In this document: positions 50,577 through 64,000 of the stretch, in pieces | How positions within the stretch are numbered: position 1 is the stretch's first letter | Layout of the letters: each line of letters starts with the position of its first letter | Assembly (NCBI GenBank): GCA_050008515.1 | Contig: JBEKMM010000009.1 | Location: 17,912 to 81,911, forward strand | From: Candidatus Limnocylindrales bacterium | GTDB lineage: Bacteria > Chloroflexota > Limnocylindria > Limnocylindrales > CSP1-4 | Direction of reading: 5' to 3' | Length of the DNA: 64,000 nucleotides | Position numbers and translations under genes: made by a program | The notes under the pieces: model-generated | Databases searched by the model: none | What the model was told of the DNA's origin: nothing | What the model saw: only the letters and a program-made list of their open reading frames with translations

Positions 50577-51394
50577 TCGATCGCCTCCGCCAGCGCGGCC
50601 GACCATTCGACCCCGGACGCTCGGACGGCACGCTCCAGCCGAACCGCTGCCGGAGGCTCGACGCCCAGCTCCACCAGACGCGGATCGGCGAGGACCGCGG
50701 CCGCCCGGCCCGAAAGCGCCACGACCCCGCGCTCCAGCACCACGATCTCGTCCGCGATCCGCGCCAGGACGTCCGTCTTGTGCTCGACCAGGAGGACGCC
50801 GGCTCCGGTCTCGCGGGCGATTCGCACCAGCGCGTCGGCTACCAGCCTCGTCCCGGCCGGGTCCAGCTCGCTCGTGGGCTCGTCGAGAATCAGGTACCCG
50901 GGTCGCAGCGCCAGCACCGAGGCGAGCGACACCAGCTGAGCCTGACCGCCCGAGAGGCGAGCCGGGTCGCGCGGCGCCAGCGGCTCGATCCCCACCGCGC
51001 CCAACGCCCACCAGACTCGCCCCGTCACCTCCGCGGCCGGCAAGCCCAGATTGCACGGCCCGAACGCGACCTCCTCGAAGACCGTGGCCGTGGTGCCCGA
51101 CAGCTGAGTCATGGGGTTCTGGAAGAGCAGCCCGCAGTGCTGGGCCAGCTCATGAGGCCTGATCGCGGTCGTGTCGACGCCGTCGATTCGGACCGACCCT
51201 TCGAGCGATCCGGCGATAACCGCCGGCGCCAGCCCGGCGGCGACCAGGCACAGCGTCGACTTGCCCGACTCGTTCGGCCCCACGACACCGACCACGCGAC
51301 CCGGCTCGAGCCGCAGGTCGATCGAGGCTAGCGCCCCGGCCGACGCCCCGGCGTAGCGGTAGCTCGCCCGGTCCAGGACCAGTCCAGCGCTCAC
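50573..51394 (-). CDS. ECF transporter ATPase (A component)
   Basis: GPNESGKS, FQNPMTQ, LSGGQ and LDEPTSELD. Confidence 0.9.
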   Translation of the reverse strand: MSAGLVLDRASYRYAGASAGALASIDLRLEPGRVVGVVGPNESGKSTLCLVAAGLAPAVIAGSLEGSVRIDGVDTTAIRPHELAQHCGLLFQNPMTQLSGTTATVFEEVAFGPCNLGLPAAEVTGRVWWALGAVGIEPLAPRDPARLSGGQAQLVSLASVLALRPGYLILDEPTSELDPAGTRLVADALVRIARETGAGVLLVEHKTDVLARIADEIVVLERGVVALSGRAAAVLADPRLVELGVEPPAAVRLERAVRASGVEWSAALAEAIE

Positions 51395-52197
51395 GGCAGC
51401 TTCACCGCGCCCGAGAGCGACAGGCCCACCAGGCCGATCGACCCGACCAGCAGCAGCCACCGAGCCAGTCGCTGCCTGCGGGAATCGGGCAGCGCACGCA
51501 GGATCGTCCGCCGACCCGGCGCCGTGAATGCCCGCGCCTCGAGCGCCATCGTGCGCTCCTCGACCTCCGCCAGCGCCCCGAAGAGGACCGGGCCGATGAG
51601 CGGCACGAGGCCGCGGAAGCGACGCCACAGCCTGCCTTCGCTGTCCATCCCGCGGGACCGCTGGGCGTCGACCACCTCCCGCGCCCGCTCGACCGTCCGC
51701 GGAATCGCGCCAAGCGCCGAACCAACCACGAACGATCCGCGTCGCCCGAGGCCCCGCCTCTCCAGCTCCACCAGCAGATCCTCCACCGGCGTGGTCAGCG
51801 CGAAGAGCGCTGCCGACAGGCCGAAGGCGACGACGCGGAGCGTCGCCTGGAGCGCGGCCGCGGCTCCGGTCCAGGTCGGGGACAGTGGCCCGAACGTGGC
51901 GATCGCGTCGTGCGCGTTCGGATACAGGAAGGTGTTCACGGCCAGGATCGAGGCGACGAGCGGGAGGGTCGCCAGGGCGAACGGAGCCATCCGCCGCAGG
52001 ACCCCGGCCATCCCCGCGCTCAGGGCCACGGCCACGAACACGACCGCCGGCCCCGTCCAGCCGCGAACCCCAAAGGCGAGAATCGCCCCGACCGCGGCCA
52101 GCGTGAGCTTCGTGACGGGGTTCAGCCCGGCGTACCGGCCCGCCCGGATACGCCGGACATACTCCGGCAGAAGCGTCGTTTCGGCTGCAGGAGCCAC
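51391..52197 (-). CDS. ECF transporter T component
   Basis: LNPVTKL and the two X-Arg-X motifs AQRSRG and ALEARAF. Confidence 0.9.
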   Translation of the reverse strand: MAPAAETTLLPEYVRRIRAGRYAGLNPVTKLTLAAVGAILAFGVRGWTGPAVVFVAVALSAGMAGVLRRMAPFALATLPLVASILAVNTFLYPNAHDAIATFGPLSPTWTGAAAALQATLRVVAFGLSAALFALTTPVEDLLVELERRGLGRRGSFVVGSALGAIPRTVERAREVVDAQRSRGMDSEGRLWRRFRGLVPLIGPVLFGALAEVEERTMALEARAFTAPGRRTILRALPDSRRQRLARWLLLVGSIGLVGLSLSGAVKLP

Positions 52198-52201
52198 CGG
52201 A

Positions 52202-53062
52202 TCAGCCGGCGTCGCGTGTCCTGGTCGAGTCGGCGTCCTCGCGGACGAGTCGATCGCCGAGCGGGAAGCGTGCCAGGAACCGGGACGAGACTCCCGACAG
52301 GATCACGAAGACCACGAAACTGGTGATGGTCTTGTCGATCGGGTCGCTCAACAGCCCCTGACCGAGCGACGCGTTGTAGACGTCGGCCCCACCCTCACGC
52401 AAAGCGGCCACGATCACGTCCGTTCCGGAGCCGGTCACGCCGCCGTACACGTAGGCAGCGATCGGCGCCGAGACGACGGCGGCAACGCAACCAGTGACGG
52501 CGCCGGCGACCGCGACCCACGCCCCGGCTGCGTCACGGCGCAGGTACACGAAGAGGGCGACGGCGACGGACGCGGCGGCGGCGATGACGACGATCGCCCC
52601 GTAGACCCAGCTCGGATAGCCGCCCACGTTGGGGTCCGCATATTGCGGGATCGTGTACATGCGGACCGCCAGCAGGACGATGATCGCCACGGCGATGCCG
52701 GCGGGGACGGCGAGGCGGATGCCCCGGGCCGGGCGGGAGCGGAAGACTCCGAGGTAGCCCCAGATTCCCGCCATGAAACCAATGACGCCGGCCGTCACGG
52801 CGAACGGCCCGATGTTCGAGCCCGCGCCGATGCCGGGCGCGTATTGCCAGATGAGGTTGGACAGGATGCCGGTGATCGCGCCGGGAAGGGGCCCGGCGAC
52901 GCAGCCGACGAGGATCGTGCCGATCGAGTCGACGTAGACCGGGAGCTTGAGAACGCTCTGGACCGTGTAGCCGAGGACGATGTTGATCGCGATCGCGACC
53001 GGCATCAGCACGATCACGCGGGTGGTGAACTGGCGGGCGATCCAGCGCCGTAGCTTGGCCAT
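52202..53062 (-). CDS. ECF transporter S component (long variant)
   Basis: PVAIAINIVLG, LPVYVDSIGT, GGVTGSG and DPIDK; located in an operon with T, A and A'. Confidence 0.82.
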   Translation of the reverse strand: MAKLRRWIARQFTTRVIVLMPVAIAINIVLGYTVQSVLKLPVYVDSIGTILVGCVAGPLPGAITGILSNLIWQYAPGIGAGSNIGPFAVTAGVIGFMAGIWGYLGVFRSRPARGIRLAVPAGIAVAIIVLLAVRMYTIPQYADPNVGGYPSWVYGAIVVIAAAASVAVALFVYLRRDAAGAWVAVAGAVTGCVAAVVSAPIAAYVYGGVTGSGTDVIVAALREGGADVYNASLGQGLLSDPIDKTITSFVVFVILSGVSSRFLARFPLGDRLVREDADSTRTRDAG

Positions 53063-53150
53063 CTCTCCTGCTCTCCTCATGCGGAGCGCGGCCAGGTCGG
53101 ATGTGTCGGGTGCCGCGCGCGAGAAGATTGCCAGGTCTGAGGCGCGGCGC

Positions 53151-54206
53151 CTAGCCCTGCTCCGCCGCCAGTCGCCCGACTCGCTCGATGAAACGCTCGA
53201 AGAATCGGGCGATGTCCGCCTCCACGGCCACGTCCAGATTCGGCGGCTTGCCCCACACCCGGCGCCAGTCAGTCACGGTCTCGCCGGTGGTGAGGCGCCC
53301 TCCAAGCTCCACGTCCACGGTCACCGCCTCGGTACGAACCAGCGTCGGATCCAGCGCCGTCGCGAGGGCCAGCGGGTCGTGGATGAAGGCGCCGTAGAAG
53401 TGGTCGTAGCGGCTGTGGAACTCCATGTAGAACCGCAGCGCGTCGGCAAGGTACCGGACGATCGGGTTGACGGACGAACCGCCGCTCGAGCCGCGGCCCT
53501 CGACCGAACCGTCGGGCGCGCAGCCGGCCACCGCGGCCAGCTGGGCCAGGTGTTCGGGCAGAAGCTTGGCTCTCTCGGTCACGTCGAGCCCAAGCGCGAT
53601 CGGTCGAGCCGAGCGCTGGTTCCACCCCCCGAATGCCTCGAAGACGATCCTGGCCGCCTCGGGATCGACGTTGACGTTCCATTCGGTCGTGGGCGCGGTG
53701 TTGCCCGGCGATCGATACGAGCCGCCCATGATCACCACGCGGCGCAGCAGTCGCGGCAGCTCCGGCTCGCGCAGCACGGCGAGGGCGACGTTGGTGAGCG
53801 GCGCCAGCGTCACGAGGGTCACCTTCCCGGGTCGGCGGCGGGCTTCCTCGACGATGAGATCGGGGCCGAAGCGCGGGGAGAGCGGCGTGCGGGCCGGGGG
53901 CAACTCCGCGTAGCCGATGCCCCGCGGCCCGTGAGTCTCGGGCGTGGTGACCAGCTGGCGGGCGAGGGGCGTCTCACGGCCGATCGCCACTTCCACGTCG
54001 GAACGACCGGCCAGCTCCAGCACGGCCCGGGTGTTCTCCGCGACCTGACGGGCGTCCACGTTGCCGGCGGTGCACGTCACCGCCACGATCTCGCACTCGG
54101 GGGAGGCGGCAGCGTACAGGAGCGCCAGGCTGTCGTCGATGCCCGTGTCGCAGTCGACGATGATGGCGGTCCGCTGGGTGCCGCCCTCCGCGGCAGGCTT
54201 GGTCAC
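53151..54206 (-). CDS. Nucleoside hydrolase (IUNH family)
   Basis: DCDTGIDD, AGNV, PLTNVA, IMGG, EWN, GLDVT and HDP. Confidence 0.93.
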   Translation of the reverse strand: MTKPAAEGGTQRTAIIVDCDTGIDDSLALLYAAASPECEIVAVTCTAGNVDARQVAENTRAVLELAGRSDVEVAIGRETPLARQLVTTPETHGPRGIGYAELPPARTPLSPRFGPDLIVEEARRRPGKVTLVTLAPLTNVALAVLREPELPRLLRRVVIMGGSYRSPGNTAPTTEWNVNVDPEAARIVFEAFGGWNQRSARPIALGLDVTERAKLLPEHLAQLAAVAGCAPDGSVEGRGSSGGSSVNPIVRYLADALRFYMEFHSRYDHFYGAFIHDPLALATALDPTLVRTEAVTVDVELGGRLTTGETVTDWRRVWGKPPNLDVAVEADIARFFERFIERVGRLAAEQG

Positions 54207-54362
54207 GACCGGATCGTATGCCATGCCGGAGCGGCTCACAGGAGCGGCCCGCAGCCCGTGACCCGGAACGGAACGTCCTCCGGGCCCGGACTCGGTAGAC
54301 TGGAAGCGTTGCGCCGGAGGGTCCTGCGCCGGGGATCGTGGAGTCGCAAAGGGAGGAACGCG

Positions 54363-55565
54363 GTGCGCGTGTTGTCGCGGTTGGGGAGCGGTGCGCTCGT
54401 CCTGCTGGTCATGGCCGCCTGCGGCTCCTCGCCGGCGACGCCGAACCTTGGCATCCCGACCCCCTCGCCGTCCTCAAGCGCCGCATCCACGTCCGGGCCG
54501 TCCGTCGTGCCGAGCAATGCCGCCTCTCGTTCGGCGATCCCGATTGGCAAGTTCACGGCGACCGGATCGATGACCGCCGCGCGCAGATCCGACACGGACA
54601 CCCTCCTGGCCGACGGCCGCGTCCTTCTCGTCGGCGGCCAAGACGAGAACGGCGCCACCCTGGCCTCGGCCGAGATCTACGACCCCAAGACTTCGAAATT
54701 CACCGCGACGGGATCGATGAAGATCCCGCGCTGGGGCCACACCGCGACGCTGCTCAACGACGGGCGTGTGCTGGTCACCGGCGGCGAGAACGAGGGCATC
54801 GTGCCGCTCGACTCCACCGAGATCTTCGACCCCTCCACTGGTGCGTTCACCATGGGCGGCAAGATGGCGGTCGCCCGCGTGAACCACACGGCTACGCTCC
54901 TCCAGAACGGCAAGGTCCTCATCGCCGGAGGCGGTGACGACGCGGGCAACGGCATCGACTCGGCCGAGCTCTTCGATCCCGGCACGAACGCCTTTGCCCC
55001 CACCACCAAGATGACGGCCGCGAGGTGGGGCCACACCGCTACGCCCCTGAAAGACGGCCGCGTCCTGATCGCCGGCGGCCAGGACACGCCCGATGTCTTC
55101 GCCTCGGCCGAGATCTACGACCCGGTCGCCGGCACCTTCAGCGCCACCGGCTCCATGGCGACCGCTCGGTGGGGCCAGACCGCCACGCTCCTTCCCGGCG
55201 GCCGGGTCCTCGTCGCGGGCGGCCAGGACCCGGACGACACCCCGCTGCAGAGCGCGGAGATCTTCGACCCCGCGGCGGGAACGTTCACCGCCACCGATTC
55301 GATGACGACCACGCGGGTCGCGCACACGGCCAACCTGCTGGCGAACGGCCTGGTGCTGCTGGCCGGCGGCGTTGACGCGAGCGGGAACGGCGTGGCCTCG
55401 GCCGAGCTGTTCAATCCGTCGGACGGGTCGTTCACCGCGACGGGCTCGCTCAATGACGCGCGCGGCAACCACACCGCGACCACGCTCACAAACGGTCAGA
55501 TCCTGATCGCGGGCGGCGCGGACGCCGACATGGTCTTCAACTCCGCCGAGTTGTATCAGCCCTAG
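54363..55565 (+). CDS. Kelch-repeat (six-bladed propeller) lipoprotein
   Basis: Lipobox MAAC, a Ser/Pro linker and six HTATLLxxGxVLxxGG...SAE(I/L)(Y/F)DP repeats; GGGAGG RBS. Confidence 0.88.
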   Translation: MRVLSRLGSGALVLLVMAACGSSPATPNLGIPTPSPSSSAASTSGPSVVPSNAASRSAIPIGKFTATGSMTAARRSDTDTLLADGRVLLVGGQDENGATLASAEIYDPKTSKFTATGSMKIPRWGHTATLLNDGRVLVTGGENEGIVPLDSTEIFDPSTGAFTMGGKMAVARVNHTATLLQNGKVLIAGGGDDAGNGIDSAELFDPGTNAFAPTTKMTAARWGHTATPLKDGRVLIAGGQDTPDVFASAEIYDPVAGTFSATGSMATARWGQTATLLPGGRVLVAGGQDPDDTPLQSAEIFDPAAGTFTATDSMTTTRVAHTANLLANGLVLLAGGVDASGNGVASAELFNPSDGSFTATGSLNDARGNHTATTLTNGQILIAGGADADMVFNSAELYQP

Positions 55566-55676
55566 CCCGGATCCGCCGGTCACGCGCCGCGTATCGCCGG
55601 TCTGACGAGCCCGTCAGAACCCTCGCCAGTTCGATAGGCGCGCGCTCGCAGAGGAGCGCGGCCGCGACCTGCGCGC

Positions 55677-56126
55677 TTACCCCTGGCGGGGCGGCTCACC
55701 CTGAGGCGCGGCCGGCTGATCGGTGGGCGCGAGCGGCACCGGCTGCACGGCCGGCGGCGCGTAGGGCTGACCCGGCATCGGCGGCTGGTAGGGCGCCTGA
55801 ACGTATGGCTGCTGCGGCGCGTACGGCTGCTGCGGGGGGTACTGCTGCTGGGGCGGGTACGGCTGCTGGGGCGGGTACGGCTGCTGGGGCGGGTACTGCG
55901 CCGGGTAGATCGGGGCCTGGGGCTGGACGGGCTGCACCGGTTGGGCCGGCGGCGCGGCCTGCTGCTGGGTCGTTGGGTGAGTCTCGCCCGTCTCCATAGC
56001 ATCCTTGAAGCCACGGAGGGCCTTACCGATCGCCGCCCCCGTGTCCGGCAGCTTGCCCGGCCCGACGACGATCAGCACGATCACGAGAACGATGATGAGG
56101 TGGGCGGGAGTGAGGCCCCACGGCAT
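55677..56126 (-). CDS. tatA: Twin-arginine translocase TatA with a long P/Q/Y-rich tail
   Basis: HLIIVLVIVLIVVGPGKLP...IGKALRGFK; AAGGAG RBS; YPPQQP repeats. Confidence 0.88.
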   Translation of the reverse strand: MPWGLTPAHLIIVLVIVLIVVGPGKLPDTGAAIGKALRGFKDAMETGETHPTTQQQAAPPAQPVQPVQPQAPIYPAQYPPQQPYPPQQPYPPQQQYPPQQPYAPQQPYVQAPYQPPMPGQPYAPPAVQPVPLAPTDQPAAPQGEPPRQG

Positions 56127-56339
56127 GACTGCTACTCCTTGCGGCCGCCTTGGCGAAGGCCGCGCGTTACGGGGCGGTCCGGCTACGATCACCGCCGCGT
56201 CAACAATACTCCCTGAGAGCACCACAGTCACACTCACGGCGGCTGCGCGTGGCTCTCCACCCGGCCGGCCGCGCCCCGGAATCGACCCCCGACCGCCCGT
56301 TCGCGACCGCTTCGGTTCGAGCCCTAGACTTGTGCCGAA

Positions 56340-56753
56340 ATGAGGTGGCTGATCGTTCTGGCGGCAATCGGCGCGGCCGCGCTCGCGCTGCAGATACTCA
56401 TCTGGGAGCGACGGGCCGGCCGGCGCCGGCCGGCGACGCTGGGCCAGCTCGCCGGCGCCGTGCTGACCGTGGTCATCCTGGGGGCCGCGGTGTACGCCGC
56501 CCACTGGCTCGGCATCTTCTCCATCCCCCTGGTCGCTGCCGCGTTCGTGCCGTTCGGGGTCGCCGCCCGCTGGCTGATCCTGACGACTCGAAAGTCGCGC
56601 CAGCGGGCGGCCCGGTCCCGCGCCGCCGCCGCGGGACCGGCCTCGCGGCGCGCCCGACTGCTCGCGGCCGCGTCCTTGCCGGTGTTCATATTCCTGGTCG
56701 CGGTCGTGGTCGTGGTCGGCCTCCTGGTGGGCACGCTGGTCGGGCCGCACTGA
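56340..56753 (+). CDS. Hypothetical membrane protein (about four TMs)
   Basis: Four hydrophobic segments separated by Arg-rich loops. Confidence 0.6.
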   Translation: MRWLIVLAAIGAAALALQILIWERRAGRRRPATLGQLAGAVLTVVILGAAVYAAHWLGIFSIPLVAAAFVPFGVAARWLILTTRKSRQRAARSRAAAAGPASRRARLLAAASLPVFIFLVAVVVVVGLLVGTLVGPH

Positions 56754-56810
56754 ACCCGGATCCGGCGGGACGCGCCACAGGTCGCCCGGCACGCTGTGCC
56801 GCAGACAGTG

Positions 56811-57767
56811 TCAGACCGGTTTCTTCGCGACCATCGGCCTGACCTCCCGGGCCAGCCTTTCCAGGGTCTCGCGGTCGTAGGGCGCCGGCATCTCCACGAT
56901 CGCCGTCGTGAAGCCTGCGTCGCAGTACTCGAGTAAACGAGCGGCGATCGCCTCGGGCGTGCCGAATAGGGGGCGCGAGGGTTCGAGCGTCCTCTCGATC
57001 GCGGTTCGGTTCAGCTCCATCCAGGACGCCCAGTCGCGCCGCGCCTCCGCCTCCGAGTCGCGGACGACCACCCAGAGGTTGATCGACCGCTCGATCTCGC
57101 GCTCGTCTCGGCCAGCTTCCTCGCAGTGGCGCCGCAGCACGCCGTCGAGCTCGCGCACCTCCGCCGGCAGCCCGAAGGCGTTCCACATGTCGCCGTACCT
57201 GGCGAGGGTCCGCAGCGTCTTGGTCCGCCCGTTCCCGCCGATCAGGATCGGGAGCCGCTTCTGGACCGGCAGCGGGTTGATCGTCAGGTCGTCGAACGCG
57301 TAGTGGCCGCCCGCCGGCGAGGTCACGCTCCTACCCGACAGCAGCGACCTGATGGCGCCGACCGACTCGTCCAGCCAGTCGAGCCTCTGGCCGTGGCCCG
57401 TCCCAAACTCGATCCCGAACTCTCGGTGCTCCAGCTCGAACCAGGCGCCGCCGATGCCGAGGATCGCCCGCCCTCCCGATACGTGATCGAAAGTGGTCAC
57501 GATCTTCGCCACGAGGGCGGGGTTGCGGAAGGTGTTCGCCCCAACCATGAGGCCGATCTTGACCTTCTGGGTTGCCATGGCCCAGGCCGTGATCGTGGTC
57601 CAGCCCTCGTGGATGGGCTGGTTCGGATCCCCGACGATGGCCTTCACGTGGTCCCAGGTCCAGAGATGCTCAAAGCCCAACCGGTCCACCAGGCGAGCGG
57701 CGTCGAGGAGCTCGGGCCAGGTTCCAGCCTGACTCCACAGGTTGATGCCGACCTTGAACTCTTGCAT
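56811..57767 (-). CDS. LLM-class flavin/F420-dependent oxidoreductase
   Basis: WTWDH, FRNPALVAK, DHVSGGRAILGIG and PILIGG. Confidence 0.9.
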   Translation of the reverse strand: MQEFKVGINLWSQAGTWPELLDAARLVDRLGFEHLWTWDHVKAIVGDPNQPIHEGWTTITAWAMATQKVKIGLMVGANTFRNPALVAKIVTTFDHVSGGRAILGIGGAWFELEHREFGIEFGTGHGQRLDWLDESVGAIRSLLSGRSVTSPAGGHYAFDDLTINPLPVQKRLPILIGGNGRTKTLRTLARYGDMWNAFGLPAEVRELDGVLRRHCEEAGRDEREIERSINLWVVVRDSEAEARRDWASWMELNRTAIERTLEPSRPLFGTPEAIAARLLEYCDAGFTTAIVEMPAPYDRETLERLAREVRPMVAKKPV

Positions 57768-57831
57768 GGCAGCCTCCTTGGCGAGCCTCCGTGGGAGCGC
57801 CGGCTCACGGTCCATGGTCACAGCCCGCCGG

Positions 57832-63119
<5,288 letters not shown>

Positions 63120-63175
63120 TCAGATCTCCGGTGACGGCGACGTCCGGCGGCCGCGGCCCCGGATGGCCGGCCCGG

Positions 63176-64000
63176 TCAACCCTTGGCGGAGCCGAGCGTG
63201 AGGCCGCTGACGAAGTATCGCTGCAGAAGCAGGTAGACGACGACCGTCGGTATGGCCGCCATCACCGAGGCTGCCGCTACTATCGTTGGATCGGTGAAGA
63301 ACTGGCCCGACAGGTTGTTGAGGGCCGCGGTGATCGGCCGCTTGTCGCCCGACTTGAAGAGCATCAGGGCCCAGAAGAAGTCGTTGTAGATCCACGTGAA
63401 GAGCAGCGTGGCCAGCGCGCCCAGGGCCGGCGCGCACAGGGGCAGGATGACGCGCCGGTAGATGGTGAACACGCCCGCGCCGTCCATCATCGCCGCCTCG
63501 ACCAGCTCCTTGCCCAGCGTCTTCATGTAGTTGCTCAGCACGAACGTGCAGAAGCCCGTCTGGAAGGTCGTGTGGATCAGGATCAGTCCGACGAACTGGT
63601 CGTACACCCGGCCGTTGTCGCTGAGTTGGGCGAGGAGCGGGATGGCGGGGAGGTTGGCGAACGTGAGATTGTACAGGCGGAAGAGCGGCACGATGATGAC
63701 CTGCGGAGGCAGCAGGTTGCCGGCCGTGAAGATCATCAGGACCAGGAGGTTGAACCGCCAGCTGTACTTCGAGATGGCGAAAGCCACCATCGAGGAGATC
63801 CACAGCGTCAGGATCACGGCGGGAATGGTTATGACGGCCGTGTTCCAGTAATAGCCCAGGAACGGGTATGAGTTCCAGACCGTGGCGTAGTTGTCCAGGC
63901 TCAGCGTGCTCGGCAGCGAGAATGGACCGTTCGGGTTGGCGACGATATCGCCGTATCGCCGGAGCGACATGTAGACGGCGTACAGAATCGGCCAGGCGAA
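63176..64000 (-). CDS. Carbohydrate ABC transporter permease (5'-truncated)
   Basis: EAA motif ELVEAAMMDGA, WIYNDFFW and LQRYFVSGLTLG; the frame runs to the window edge. Confidence 0.92.
   Translation of the reverse strand, partial: FAWPILYAVYMSLRRYGDIVANPNGPFSLPSTLSLDNYATVWNSYPFLGYYWNTAVITIPAVILTLWISSMVAFAISKYSWRFNLLVLMIFTAGNLLPPQVIIVPLFRLYNLTFANLPAIPLLAQLSDNGRVYDQFVGLILIHTTFQTGFCTFVLSNYMKTLGKELVEAAMMDGAGVFTIYRRVILPLCAPALGALATLLFTWIYNDFFWALMLFKSGDKRPITAALNNLSGQFFTDPTIVAAASVMAAIPTVVVYLLLQRYFVSGLTLGSAKG

Noticed and set aside
52980-54362. N-terminal 460 aa of the 861-aa ORF that looks like a Kelch fusion
   Set aside because: It is antisense to the nucleoside hydrolase. The real Kelch gene starts at GTG 54363 with an RBS and a lipobox.

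Overview
High-GC bacterial chromosomal segment, densely coding, with about 56 CDS and one tRNA. The lineage is inferred only: the gene repertoire suggests Chloroflexota (Ca. Limnocylindria-like) or Actinomycetota. No CRISPR array, rRNA, integrase or transposase was recognised. In order, the window holds: a 5'-truncated acyl-CoA ligase/Pat-type gene; a PrsW-SH3 / membrane protein / site-2 protease cluster; a tRNA with the rare bacterial anticodon UAU (Ile); a class V PLP enzyme and a rhodanese; an ATP-dependent DNA ligase; KamA; a two-component system with a MacB-type ABC exporter; SufT, PduO and BI-1; a serine hydrolase; a diguanylate cyclase; MarR with DrrAB; NfeD-flotillin-TelA; an S8 protease; a GT2 / GT-C / TPR lipoprotein / collagen-like protein block; an Rrf2-sufC-sufS-sufU operon with no sufB/sufD; ackA; an XRE-PD-(D/E)XK protein; a nucleoside hydrolase with an ECF transporter; a Kelch lipoprotein; TatA; and a galactoside utilisation cluster (ABC permease, GH36, GH2). 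The most notable items are tRNA-Ile(UAU) with a long inverted repeat just downstream, the candidate collagen-filament glycosylation locus, the candidate two-step intramembrane proteolysis cassette, and the sufBD-less suf operon whose regulator appears to start at CTG. All protein calls come from motif recognition by eye; no database searches were run. Many start codons were adjusted from the ORF track.
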